12,960 nucleotides of DNA from Nitrosomonas europaea. GTDB taxonomy: Bacteria; Pseudomonadota; Gammaproteobacteria; Burkholderiales; Nitrosomonadaceae. Every line of letters starts with the position of its first letter. Within the stretch, counting starts at the first letter, position 1. The DNA lies in assembly GCF_900167395.1 (NCBI RefSeq), contig NZ_FUWK01000056.1, positions 1 through 12,960 of the forward strand, given 5' to 3'. A program made the translations under genes and the position numbers. Below, piece by piece: positions 1-8,221 of this stretch. The notes under the pieces were generated by a model. That model worked only from the letters and a program-made list of their open reading frames with translations. It ran no database searches and was not told where the DNA came from.

Positions 1-307
1 TACCATCAGGATGGACTTTGACTATCGTACTATCCAGCGACATGTGATCCACTTCCAGCTGTATCAGCTTGTTTTGCTGAAGCGCGAGGAAAACCCGATC
101 CAGGACGCCATTCCTGGCCCAACGGTTGGCGCGCGTGTAAATGCTGTGCCAATTGCCGAATTTCACAGGCAGACCACGCCACTTACAGCCGTGCTCTGCA
201 ACATACAGAATCGCGTTGAGCACTTCCAAATTCGAAAGTGTGACGTTACCCCGTTGTATCGGCAGTAGATTTTCAATAAGCTTGAATTGCGATGCGGATA
301 TTTCCAT
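1..307 (-). CDS. IS5-family DDE transposase, N-terminal ~102 codons (partial; ORF runs off the left window edge)
   Basis: Not in the supplied ORF track because it has no stop codon inside the window. The reverse-complement translation from the ATG at 307 is open all the way to position 1: MEISASQFKLIENLLPIQRGNVTLSNLEVLNAILYVAEHGCKWRGLPVKFGNWHSIYTRANRWARNGVLDRVFLALQQNKLIQLEVDHMSLDSTIVKVHPDG. The pattern GC.W..LP..FG.W..IY.R..RW...GV followed by SLDST.VKVHPDG is the conserved N-terminal region of IS5-family transposases. Confidence 0.8.
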   Translation of the reverse strand, partial: MEISASQFKLIENLLPIQRGNVTLSNLEVLNAILYVAEHGCKWRGLPVKFGNWHSIYTRANRWARNGVLDRVFLALQQNKLIQLEVDHMSLDSTIVKVHPDG

Positions 308-342
308 TCGGTAATTTTAATACAAATAGTGTTAACAGACCC
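1..342 (-). mobile_element. Partial IS5-family insertion sequence (outer end placed tentatively)
   Basis: Contains the transposase 5' end described above. The outer terminus is placed near 342, where the reverse complement reads GGGTCTGTTAACAC about 35 nt upstream of the ATG and is followed by CTAG in the flank. Sequence beyond this point becomes AT-rich and non-coding. The other IS end is outside the window, so the inverted repeat cannot be confirmed. Confidence 0.45.
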
Positions 343-427
343 TAGCATAAATGACAATATATTCATTGAGAATCAATCAGTTATTATATTTCTCAGGGAC
401 GACTAGCTATTGAAAGAATTATTCTGT

Positions 428-460
428 TACAGTCATTAATTGAACTGGAATACAGTCATT
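428..460. repeat. Direct repeat of a 10-mer, TACAGTCATT, two copies with starts 23 bp apart
   Basis: Exact copies lie at 428-437 and 451-460, in the AT-rich region upstream of the candidate promoter and the flippase gene. The function is unknown; a regulator binding site is possible. Confidence 0.6.
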
Positions 461-483
461 TTTTCGATCAGTTATCACCATAT

Positions 484-512
484 TTGACAATTGAGCCAGC
501 TTTCAGTAGATT
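484..512 (+). promoter_or_regulatory. Candidate sigma70-type promoter for the plus-strand flippase/GT4 block
   Basis: TTGACA at 484-489 is a perfect -35 element. After a 17-nt spacer, TAGATT at 507-512 matches the -10 consensus TATAAT at 4 of 6 positions. This would give a leader of about 200 nt before the ATG at 716. The call rests on pattern alone. Confidence 0.3.
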
Positions 513-715
513 TAAAACTCATCGGAAAGGCGGTTTATTTTTTCTATATCCCACAGTCGAAAAACATTCCCTTCAGTTGCAGGTTGCCGATTCCCTGCTG
601 TACGGGGTTTTTCTGTCCGTCAAACCTCATCTCAGTCTGATATTGCTTCAACCAATCTAGCGACCGCACTGAACATGCCCCTCCCTGTTTTTGTTGCAAA
701 TACCCCGGCCTGTCG

Positions 716-2221
716 ATGACACGTAGCACCCCCCGCCACACCACAGTGCGCCAGGCACTTATTCTCAGTTCCCGCGACCTTGGATCCCGTGTCGCCCGTG
801 GTGCTGGCTTTACCCTGCTCGGCATCGTGTTGCGCACTACGCTCACGATTGGTTCGATGGCTATCCTTGCCCGGCTGCTGACGCCCGCTGACTTTGGCTA
901 CCTTGCCATGGCCACGGTCGTCACCGAATTTGCTGGTCTACTGGGCAGCTTTGGCTTTGCCAACATCCTGATCCAGCGTCGGGTTATCACTCGTCTGCAG
1001 CTTGACACTATGTTCTGGGCCACGCTTGCCTTGGGCTGTACCATCGCTGCGGTGATTTTTGCTCTGTCTTTTCTCACTCACTGGCTGTTCGGTGATGAAG
1101 CTACGGGACCATTGCTTCGTGTCATGTGCCTCACTTTCATTTTCGGCAGTCTGTCCACCGTCCATCAAGCGATTCTTTCGCGACTGATGCGCTTCGGCAC
1201 CGAGTTCATCATCCAGATCGGCACGATTGGACTGCGTTCTGCCGCAGCGATTATACTTGCCTATCTGGGCTTCGGCGTCTGGAGCCTGGTGTATGGTTCG
1301 CTGGCTGGCTCGATCATCGGCACCTTGTTGATGGTGAGCGCAATCCGCTACCGGCCACGCCTGCGTTTTCATCGCCAGTATCTGCTTTCCACCTGGAAAA
1401 CGAGCAGCAGTTACATGGGCAATACAGTGCTGTACTATCTGAATATGAATAGCGATCTGCTGCTGATTGGCCGTCAGTTTGGCGCCAGTGCACTGGGTTA
1501 CTACCAGAACGCACGTTCGCTGACTGACGAAGTACGCGGCCGCATTGCGATGCCTTTGCAGCGCGTGCTGTTTCCTGCGTTTTCTTCCCTTCAGGCCGAT
1601 CAGGTCCGACTGCAACACTCAGTACTGCGGAGCGGACGTCTGCTTGCCGCCATCATCTGCCCGATCGGTATCGGTTTGTCTGCCGTTGCAACCGAAATCG
1701 TGCCGGTACTGTACGGCGAACAATGGCTACCAATGATCCCGATCCTGTCGTTGCTTGGCATCAGCGCAGCTCTGCGCGGCTCGACCGCAATTGGTTCTTC
1801 TTTGTTCAATTCACAAAACCGGGTGCCATTGGCGTTTCGCTACAACATAATATATACCGCACTGTTGCTGTGCTCGATACTGTTTGCTATGCCATACGGG
1901 CTAAACGTGGTTGCCCTGGCGATTGCGGCGAACTCACTATTTTCCGTTTTTGTCTTTCGCGTCGCACTTGGTTTGATCGGACTGGGCACTTCTCATTTGC
2001 TGCACATCCTGGCGCGTCCTTTCATTGCCGCTCTGCTGATGTGGGCTGCAATCGCTTTTTTACGCAATCTGCCGATATTGACGGCCCTCCACCCTGGAAT
2101 GCATCTCGGGGCATTGATCGCATGTGGAGCAATCAGCTACGCCAGCGTGCTCCATTTGCTTTCCAGACAGTATCTGCAGGATTTCACCGAGCTCGCCGCT
2201 CGCTTCACCAAACGGAGATGA
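716..2221 (+). CDS. Polysaccharide biosynthesis protein, Wzx-like oligosaccharide flippase (MOP/PST superfamily)
   Basis: A 501-aa, highly hydrophobic multi-pass protein. The N-terminal block ILARLLTPADFGYLAMATVV..FGFANILIQR is typical of the Polysacc_synt / Wzx-like family, and its position in a glycosyltransferase cluster fits. No strong Shine-Dalgarno sequence precedes the ATG at 716, so the exact start is uncertain. Confidence 0.8.
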   Translation: MTRSTPRHTTVRQALILSSRDLGSRVARGAGFTLLGIVLRTTLTIGSMAILARLLTPADFGYLAMATVVTEFAGLLGSFGFANILIQRRVITRLQLDTMFWATLALGCTIAAVIFALSFLTHWLFGDEATGPLLRVMCLTFIFGSLSTVHQAILSRLMRFGTEFIIQIGTIGLRSAAAIILAYLGFGVWSLVYGSLAGSIIGTLLMVSAIRYRPRLRFHRQYLLSTWKTSSSYMGNTVLYYLNMNSDLLLIGRQFGASALGYYQNARSLTDEVRGRIAMPLQRVLFPAFSSLQADQVRLQHSVLRSGRLLAAIICPIGIGLSAVATEIVPVLYGEQWLPMIPILSLLGISAALRGSTAIGSSLFNSQNRVPLAFRYNIIYTALLLCSILFAMPYGLNVVALAIAANSLFSVFVFRVALGLIGLGTSHLLHILARPFIAALLMWAAIAFLRNLPILTALHPGMHLGALIACGAISYASVLHLLSRQYLQDFTELAARFTKRR

Positions 2222-2228
2222 ATACCAC

Positions 2229-3404
2229 ATGAAAATAGCTCTGCTGTGCTCGGGCCTGGGCAACGTTCAGCGCGGTCACGAAATTTTTGTCAGAGATCTA
2301 TTCGACATGTTGAAGGGCAGCGTCGACATCACCTTGTTCAAGGGCGGTGGTGAGCCAGCACCGAACGAACTGGTCATCGACAATGTGTCACGCAATGCGC
2401 CCAGCCTACAGAACATCCATCTTGCTGTTTCGCCACGCTGGAAAGTTGCCATGCAGGAGCAGGAGCGCATCCGCATCGAAACCGAGACTTTCGCCCATGC
2501 CGCGCTACGCCCCTTGCTCGAAGGTGGCTACGACATCATTCACTGTCTTGAGCAGGAAGTGTGCAACCGGCTTTACGGCTTCCGCCATCTGTTTGCACAT
2601 ACCCCCAAGTTCCTCTTTTCCAATGGTGGCGCGATTCCAGCAGCCAAACTATCCAACTGCGATTTTGTTCAGGAGCACACCGAATACAATCTGCAGCACA
2701 GCGCCCGTGAAAAAGCTTTCTGCATTCCCCACGGTGTCGATATCCAGCGTTTCAACCCCTCGATCAGCAGCGATTTTCGCGCCCGCTACGGCATTGCCGA
2801 GGATGCCTTCGTCGTCATCAGCGTCGGCATCATCTGCTACTGGCACAAGCGCATGGATTACCTGATCAAGGAAGTTGCCCAGATACCTGAAGCGCATTTG
2901 CTCATCGTCGGTCAGGAATGTGCCGATACGCCAGCGATCAAGGCGCTCGGCGAAAAACTGATGCCGGGGCGGATCACTTTCACCAAAATGCCTCATGATG
3001 AGTTGCCCCAGGCTTATGCGGCGGCCGATGTCTTTGCGCTGGGCTCATTGTTCGAGACTTTCGGTATCGTGTATATCGAAGCGCTGGCGATGGGCTTGCC
3101 GGTGTTCTGCACCGAACATCCTAACCAGCGTTCGATCGTGCGTGAAGGTGTTTTTCTGGATATCAAGCAGGCAGGTGCGCTACGCGACGCCCTGTTGAAG
3201 CGTGACCCTGCACAAATGCGGTATTTACGCGAACGGGGACCGCAGATTGCACGGGAAACTTACGCACTCGAGAAGCTGAAGTCTGCTTATATCGAGCACT
3301 ATCAGCGCATCGCGGCAAGCGAAGTAAGCTTGCCGCGCTACACCTTCAAGACAAAACTTCAAGACAATGTCCGCAGCCTGTACCGCCGGCTGTCCAGGGG
3401 CTGA
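2229..3404 (+). CDS. Glycosyltransferase family 4 (GT-B fold, glycosyl transferases group 1)
   Basis: The start is taken at MKIALLCSGLG (ATG 2229), with GGAGA at 2214-2218 and 7 nt after the flippase stop. The C-terminal EX7E-type block LFETFGIVYIEALAMGLPVFCTEH is characteristic of GT4. The product is 391 aa. Confidence 0.85.
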   Translation: MKIALLCSGLGNVQRGHEIFVRDLFDMLKGSVDITLFKGGGEPAPNELVIDNVSRNAPSLQNIHLAVSPRWKVAMQEQERIRIETETFAHAALRPLLEGGYDIIHCLEQEVCNRLYGFRHLFAHTPKFLFSNGGAIPAAKLSNCDFVQEHTEYNLQHSAREKAFCIPHGVDIQRFNPSISSDFRARYGIAEDAFVVISVGIICYWHKRMDYLIKEVAQIPEAHLLIVGQECADTPAIKALGEKLMPGRITFTKMPHDELPQAYAAADVFALGSLFETFGIVYIEALAMGLPVFCTEHPNQRSIVREGVFLDIKQAGALRDALLKRDPAQMRYLRERGPQIARETYALEKLKSAYIEHYQRIAASEVSLPRYTFKTKLQDNVRSLYRRLSRG

Positions 3405-3418
3405 TCAAGAAAACTCAG

Positions 3419-5386
3419 CTATCCTTGCCAGGGTTGATTCAGGCTGGAGATGCGATCGAAACAGCGCTGGCACGCCAGTTCATCGTCGAGCGGCATGGCA
3501 CGTTCCATGCGCTCGCGGTAAAGTGCTGGCACTTCACCACCATTTTCAAGGAAAGCGAGCAATTGCTGCAGTAACTCATTTTCGCTGAAAGCGACAGGGC
3601 CGAAACCATCGCGCTCGTAATCGAAATAGCCTGGCCGCCAGTTGTGCCCACCGCCGTAGAAAAGCGTACGATCAAACTGGTAGTAAAAACTTGGCCGACG
3701 CAACAAGGCGATATCGAAAGTGACCGAAGTATAATCAGTCAGAAAAGCATCAGCGCTGACCAACGCCTCCTGAATATGGCCGTCGAGCACCGAAACTAAT
3801 CTGATCTCGGGGGACAATTCAAAGACATCCAGAAAAGGCAGGGTATTCATGTGCGGCATGAAACTGAGCTGCCAGCCATGCTGCTGCAAAGCCGCATGCA
3901 AGGCAGGATTATGCAGCAAGGACTTCCATGCCCTGGCATAGTCGGTCTGGGCAAAAAGCTGCTGGCGCTCATCCGCACTCAAATCCTTGGCCTGCTCCTC
4001 GAAAGTGCCACCACGCCAAGTTGGCATCACCAGCAGTGTTTTGCTCGACGGCGGCTTTCGCTCACGTGCCTTTCTTAACAAACAGTCATGGCGAGGAAGG
4101 CCAGTGAAGCTTACTTCACGTTTCGAGTATGGATAGTTGCCACCGTCTTCAGCGATGGACTGATACTCCACTAAGCTACTTGTTGAGAATAGATCGAACT
4201 GGAGCGGTCCAAGCCAATGTGAAAGATCGTTCAGAATGGTTCCATGCTGAAGAAAGGTGTAACGCCAACGCATATACGGTGCATACACCCTTGGGTCAAA
4301 ACCGCCCGCACCATACTCGGCATGTGAGGAAATGATGTTCTCGCTATTCAAAACCAGCAATTTTCTCTGCAGGCCATTCGGTGCCAGCAACTGAAATCCT
4401 TCCTGCTCCAGCCGCGCCCAATCTGGCGAATCGGGTTTCAGCAGAAACCAGGCGTTGATTTGTGGCTGTTTCGCCGTAACCCAGCGGTAAAGATGTTCGG
4501 CATTGTCATCGGCATTTTCATGTCGATCAAGAAATACCCAGGCCCGCCGGTATCTCGCCCGCACCCAAGGCAGCGCTGCATATAGGGCAAGCAGCCCGGC
4601 TTTCAGTGACTTCAATAACGGTCGGGAACGTCGACGTCCACCCCGTCCCGGCCAGAATGCTGCGCGCGCACCAGCCAGATCGAAGGTCTCATCCTCCGAT
4701 ACGGATCGGGCAAAAAAACCTGATTCATCAAGTTCGATAGCATGAGGCTGACCATTCAGTCGTAATTGCAGCTTGCTGCCCTGCGCAACAGGTAACCAGA
4801 CGATGCGCTGTTGCATACAGCTGCGATGGTAATAACGGCAACCGCGGTATTTGGCGAAGGCAGGCTCAACAGCCTTGCCATCCACCAGCCACGCTTCGAC
4901 AGGTGGTTCTCCATGCACAAAGTAGCGCAGTTTGACGAGTTGCTGAGCATGGTCATAACAATCCAGTATCGCCGCTGAACAGACTGGCTTTCCATGCCAA
5001 GAGTACAGCACGTGACGAATTTCACTCGACACCGCAGGGTCAGAGAAGCGGCCAATCAAGCCCGGATCGACATACTGTAGAATTTCCCCGATCAGTGCAT
5101 GAAAAGCCTGCGCCGCTTCTACCCCCACAATCGCCGTTGGCGCTCGCTCGCGCCCATCAACAGTAAAATACCAATGCAAGCGGCGCAGCACGTCGATTTG
5201 CATCGGCTGCGGTACGGCACCAAGCGTGGTCGAAGACGATTTCAAAGACGCAAGAAAATCTTCGCGCAGCCGCGCATCGTAGCTTGAAGGGGCGCGCCAA
5301 TACGCAGTGGGTGGTTCTTGGTAAACAGGTTCAGAACCTGACATTTTTTCAGCTCCGATTGAACTGCGCGGCACCCTCATCCACAT
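3419..5386 (-). CDS. CDP-glycerol/ribitol polyol-phosphate transferase family protein (TagB/TagF-like) with ~265-aa unassigned N-terminal region
   Basis: Family blocks: WVFLDRHENADDNAEHLYRW, LLVMPTWRGG, SADAFLTDYTSVTFDIALLRRPSFYYQFD and PGYFDYERDGFGPVAF. The ATG at 5386 shares one nucleotide with the TGA of the upstream GT2. An alternative ATG at 5344 has GGAG 8 nt upstream. Confidence 0.8.
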   Translation of the reverse strand: MWMRVPRSSIGAEKMSGSEPVYQEPPTAYWRAPSSYDARLREDFLASLKSSSTTLGAVPQPMQIDVLRRLHWYFTVDGRERAPTAIVGVEAAQAFHALIGEILQYVDPGLIGRFSDPAVSSEIRHVLYSWHGKPVCSAAILDCYDHAQQLVKLRYFVHGEPPVEAWLVDGKAVEPAFAKYRGCRYYHRSCMQQRIVWLPVAQGSKLQLRLNGQPHAIELDESGFFARSVSEDETFDLAGARAAFWPGRGGRRRSRPLLKSLKAGLLALYAALPWVRARYRRAWVFLDRHENADDNAEHLYRWVTAKQPQINAWFLLKPDSPDWARLEQEGFQLLAPNGLQRKLLVLNSENIISSHAEYGAGGFDPRVYAPYMRWRYTFLQHGTILNDLSHWLGPLQFDLFSTSSLVEYQSIAEDGGNYPYSKREVSFTGLPRHDCLLRKARERKPPSSKTLLVMPTWRGGTFEEQAKDLSADERQQLFAQTDYARAWKSLLHNPALHAALQQHGWQLSFMPHMNTLPFLDVFELSPEIRLVSVLDGHIQEALVSADAFLTDYTSVTFDIALLRRPSFYYQFDRTLFYGGGHNWRPGYFDYERDGFGPVAFSENELLQQLLAFLENGGEVPALYRERMERAMPLDDELACQRCFDRISSLNQPWQG

Positions 5387-6372
5387 CAGCCTTGTACGGC
5401 CGATCTGGGTTCTCGCTTGAAAAACGAGGCCAGCCAGAACAACAAAGCTTTGTAACGCCGGGGATCATGACGCCAGGCTTGCAGCGCAGCACGGCGTGCA
5501 ATGCGTGCCGATCCCCAGCGGTAATGTCTATATGCGAAGTCAAAGGCAAGTTTGCCGAGGCGGCGCTGAAAATCAACCGCTGCAAGCGCACGTCCGTCGG
5601 GCGCAGCTAGTCCCCACTTGGCCGCTGCCGCGCTGACCACGTTGTATTCATAATTTACCGGCTTCACACTGTTGGTGAGACTGCCGGGCGAGCCGCGATA
5701 AAATGAATAGACTCCTACCAACTTGTCGATCCGGGTGAGGCGGGACAAGCGCAACCAGTAATCGTAGTCCTCGCCATTGATCAGTTCAGCGCGAAAAAAA
5801 CCGAGTTGTTCGACAAACTCGCGCCGCATCATGATAGTGGAAGTGTGCACGATACAATCCATCAGCAACTGCGGATAAATCCAGCCCGATAAAGCTGGAT
5901 CAATGGCCGTGGAATCCGCCACTACTGGCGCAGGCATGGAAACAAAATTACCCTCTGCATCAGGTCGCCAGACCTGCCAGGCGTGATAGACCGCACCTGT
6001 TTGGGGATGTTGCTGCAAATACTGGACCTGCGCATGCAGCTTGCCAGGACACCAGCCATCGTCAGCATCGAGTAGGCAGATAAATTCTCCACAAGCGTTG
6101 CGTAGGCCGGTATTGCGTGCCTCGGCCACGCCTGTATTGTCCTGGCGGATGATGCGGACAGTGGGCATCTCGCGGCGTACCAGATCTGCAGTGCCGTCGG
6201 TCGAGCCGTCGTCCACCAGCAGGATCTCAAGCGGTTCGTAGTCCTGCGCGGTAATGCTGCGCAGCGCCTCGAGGATGAAATCCTCTGCATTGTATGCCGG
6301 CACGATGACACTGATCAGTGGACGCTGTTGATTCGTCCTGGAAGTTTGTATACTACCCGGCAGACTGTTCAT
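5386..6372 (-). CDS. Glycosyltransferase family 2
   Basis: ISVIVPAYNAEDFILEALRSITAQDYEPLEILLVDDGSTDGT, then ARNTGLRNACGEFICLLDADD (DXD motif), then GEDYDYWLRLS. The start overlaps the stop of the upstream gene in an ATGA at 6369-6372. Confidence 0.9.
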   Translation of the reverse strand: MNSLPGSIQTSRTNQQRPLISVIVPAYNAEDFILEALRSITAQDYEPLEILLVDDGSTDGTADLVRREMPTVRIIRQDNTGVAEARNTGLRNACGEFICLLDADDGWCPGKLHAQVQYLQQHPQTGAVYHAWQVWRPDAEGNFVSMPAPVVADSTAIDPALSGWIYPQLLMDCIVHTSTIMMRREFVEQLGFFRAELINGEDYDYWLRLSRLTRIDKLVGVYSFYRGSPGSLTNSVKPVNYEYNVVSAAAAKWGLAAPDGRALAAVDFQRRLGKLAFDFAYRHYRWGSARIARRAALQAWRHDPRRYKALLFWLASFFKREPRSAVQG

Positions 6373-7262
6373 TGCTCCGTGCTCCCTACACGATCTGCCC
6401 TATATCTGAGCCCGATCCACGGCAGCTTGACGCAGGCAACCACATTCTTCCAGAGCAGATCGAACAAGGCGAGGCGCAGGCGCAAGGCTTCCGCCAGCCG
6501 CCCCTTGCGGCTGCAGCGGTAAGCCCAGTCGAAATACTCCTTCGCCATGTGCTTGCGAAGCTGCTCACGATTACTTCGTGCCAGACCGGGATAGCCAAGC
6601 ATCAAGCGGTACGTATGGAGCATGGATGGGGTATTGCCAGCGGGATCCTTGTCCGCTTTGAAGGGGATGTTCGCGGAATGTGAGCGATACCGTATCTGCG
6701 GCACTTTCAGACAGGCAAATATCTGCTCGTGCGATAAGCGTACCCAGAACTTAAAGTCCTCGGCGATGTGCAACGACTCGCTCATCAGTTGCCGTGCCGC
6801 ATCAGCGGTCATGACGACTGCCGACAAATTGAAGTAGCAGCTATATTTAAGCAGGTGCCCGAAATAGCTTCGATCGAAGACGACAGCATCCTTGTCTTCC
6901 GTAGCAATCGATGCGTAGCACAGTTTGCATTCGAAGTTCGGATCCATGTAGGGCACTTCAGTCTCATCCTGCTCGTAGCGTGCCCGACTAAAGATGACGC
7001 CCACCTTCGGATGGCGGGCAGCCAGGATGCCGGTGTTTCTGGCTCCTGCCGGTCTTTTCCCTCGCCCATTCACCAATACCCGAACCCGATGCTCGCCGGC
7101 AAACGCGGTCTCCAGCCAGGCTGCGGTACCGTCGTCCGATTCGTCATCGACGATCACCGCCTCGACTTCTAGTTCGGATGAAGCCTGGTCGAGGGCCGAG
7201 TTTATCGCCTCTGCCAGCAAATGGCAGCGGTTGAAAGTGGGAATAACGACCGAAATTTTCAT
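6369..7262 (-). CDS. Glycosyltransferase family 2-like protein with an atypical or absent DXD motif
   Basis: The start is taken at MKISVVIPTFNRCHLL (ATG 7262), 1 nt after the stop of the upstream gene. The blocks VIVDDESDDGT, ARNTGI and AEDFKFWVRLS are GT2-like. The position where LDxDD is expected reads VGVIFSRARYEQDE. Confidence 0.7.
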   Translation of the reverse strand: MKISVVIPTFNRCHLLAEAINSALDQASSELEVEAVIVDDESDDGTAAWLETAFAGEHRVRVLVNGRGKRPAGARNTGILAARHPKVGVIFSRARYEQDETEVPYMDPNFECKLCYASIATEDKDAVVFDRSYFGHLLKYSCYFNLSAVVMTADAARQLMSESLHIAEDFKFWVRLSHEQIFACLKVPQIRYRSHSANIPFKADKDPAGNTPSMLHTYRLMLGYPGLARSNREQLRKHMAKEYFDWAYRCSRKGRLAEALRLRLALFDLLWKNVVACVKLPWIGLRYRADRVGSTEQ

Positions 7263-7263
7263 T

Positions 7264-8221
7264 TTATTCCAACGCCAGAACCTGCGTATGCTGTAGATTG
7301 CCGAGCAAACGGGCACTATAACGCCAGTGCTGCTTTTCCCACGGGGTGAAGCGCAGCGGCTGAAGCGGATTCGCATTCCGTGTATTGGCCTCCCAGCTCA
7401 TGGATACCGCAGCCTCGAAGCCAAGACGTTTGACGATATCGACGTCGCGCCGGGCATAGTTACTACCGAGCTTGCCATTGGAAGAGATAAACCGGCGCAC
7501 AGGCTCGCCAAGCAGGTTTTCCAGGATATCCCGACTTGCGGCGCTTTCATGCCCTACCTCGGCCACGCCGGTTTTGGCCAGAATCGGGTGACTGAGCGTG
7601 TGTGCGCCGATCAGCATGCCTGTCTGGCGCAGATCGCGCAGCTGTTTTGTGTTGAGCGTGAGATCGTTGGCAAATCCGCTTGGCTGATTTCAGCAATGCG
7701 TTCGATCGTCTCCTGCTGTACAGCTGGCGCTTGATCGCCTGGATGAGCCTGCCGAGAAAGCTGTGCTTTTCGGCGTCATTGCGCATCGGCGCAGCTTCGA
7801 CGCCTGGTATGTCGGCATCAAGGAAATCCACTTTGGTTCCGCGCACCGCTTCGATGATGGTGTCGTTCCACATGCGCTCGCCATCGAGAAAGTTGGTTGC
7901 AATGAAAAACGTTGCCGGCAAACTATGCCGTTGCAGTATCAGCAACGCTTCTGTGTAATTGTCGGCATAGTCATCATTAAAAGTGACTGCCATCGCGCGC
8001 GCTGGCAACTTGCTTGCCTGCAAAAGGCGGATTGCCTCATCCAGTGGCAGCACGTCAAACTGCTGCACCACCCAGCTCATTATCAAATTGAAACGCACTG
8101 CATCTGATTCTTCGGAAAACAAGGGATCGGGCGCACTGAGTGCGCGGTGGAAAATCAGAATGCTCAGCTTGCCCCGATCGCTTGCCGGAGAAAACAGTTG
8201 AAAGGCAGTTTTGATCAGCAT
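7264..8221 (-). pseudogene. Polysaccharide deacetylase (NodB homology / CE4 family), disrupted by frameshifts
   Basis: The N-terminal part lies in ORF 7547-8224 (LSILIFHR..AMAVTFNDDYADNYTEALLILQRHSLPATFFIATNFL). The C-terminal part lies in a different frame, ORF 7264-7617 (MLIGAHTLSHPILAKTG..GEPVRRF..NGKLGSNY..GFEAAVS). The third frame supplies a plausible linker, QETIERIAEISQADLP. The frame changes fall near 7713-7717 and 7668-7672. Confidence 0.7.

Noticed and set aside
11-268. 85-aa plus-strand ORF at the left edge.
   Set aside because: It is the antisense shadow of the minus-strand IS5-family transposase, which gives a clear family match. The plus-strand product has no recognisable motif.
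527-536. An ops/JUMPStart-like element (GGCGGT) in the leader of the plus-strand block.
   Set aside because: Only 6 of the 8 bases of GGCGGTAG match, and the flanking JUMPStart context is absent, so this is likely chance.
938-1618. 226-aa minus-strand ORF inside the flippase gene.
   Set aside because: It is an antisense ORF within a strongly supported membrane-protein gene. Its composition is rich in Arg, Gln and Ala and it has no motifs, as is typical of spurious opposite-strand ORFs.
2124-2228. 35-codon upstream extension of the GT4 ORF.
   Set aside because: The extension overlaps the flippase 3' end. MKIALL at 2229 has a GGAGA ribosome-binding site and matches typical GT4 N-termini.
1723-2232. 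169-aa alternative-frame ORF in the flippase 3' end.
   Set aside because: It overlaps the flippase in another frame and has no family signature.
7263-7376. 38-codon upstream extension of the second GT2 ORF.
   Set aside because: It overlaps the deacetylase 3' end. MKISVVIPTFNR at 7262 is the canonical GT2 N-terminus.
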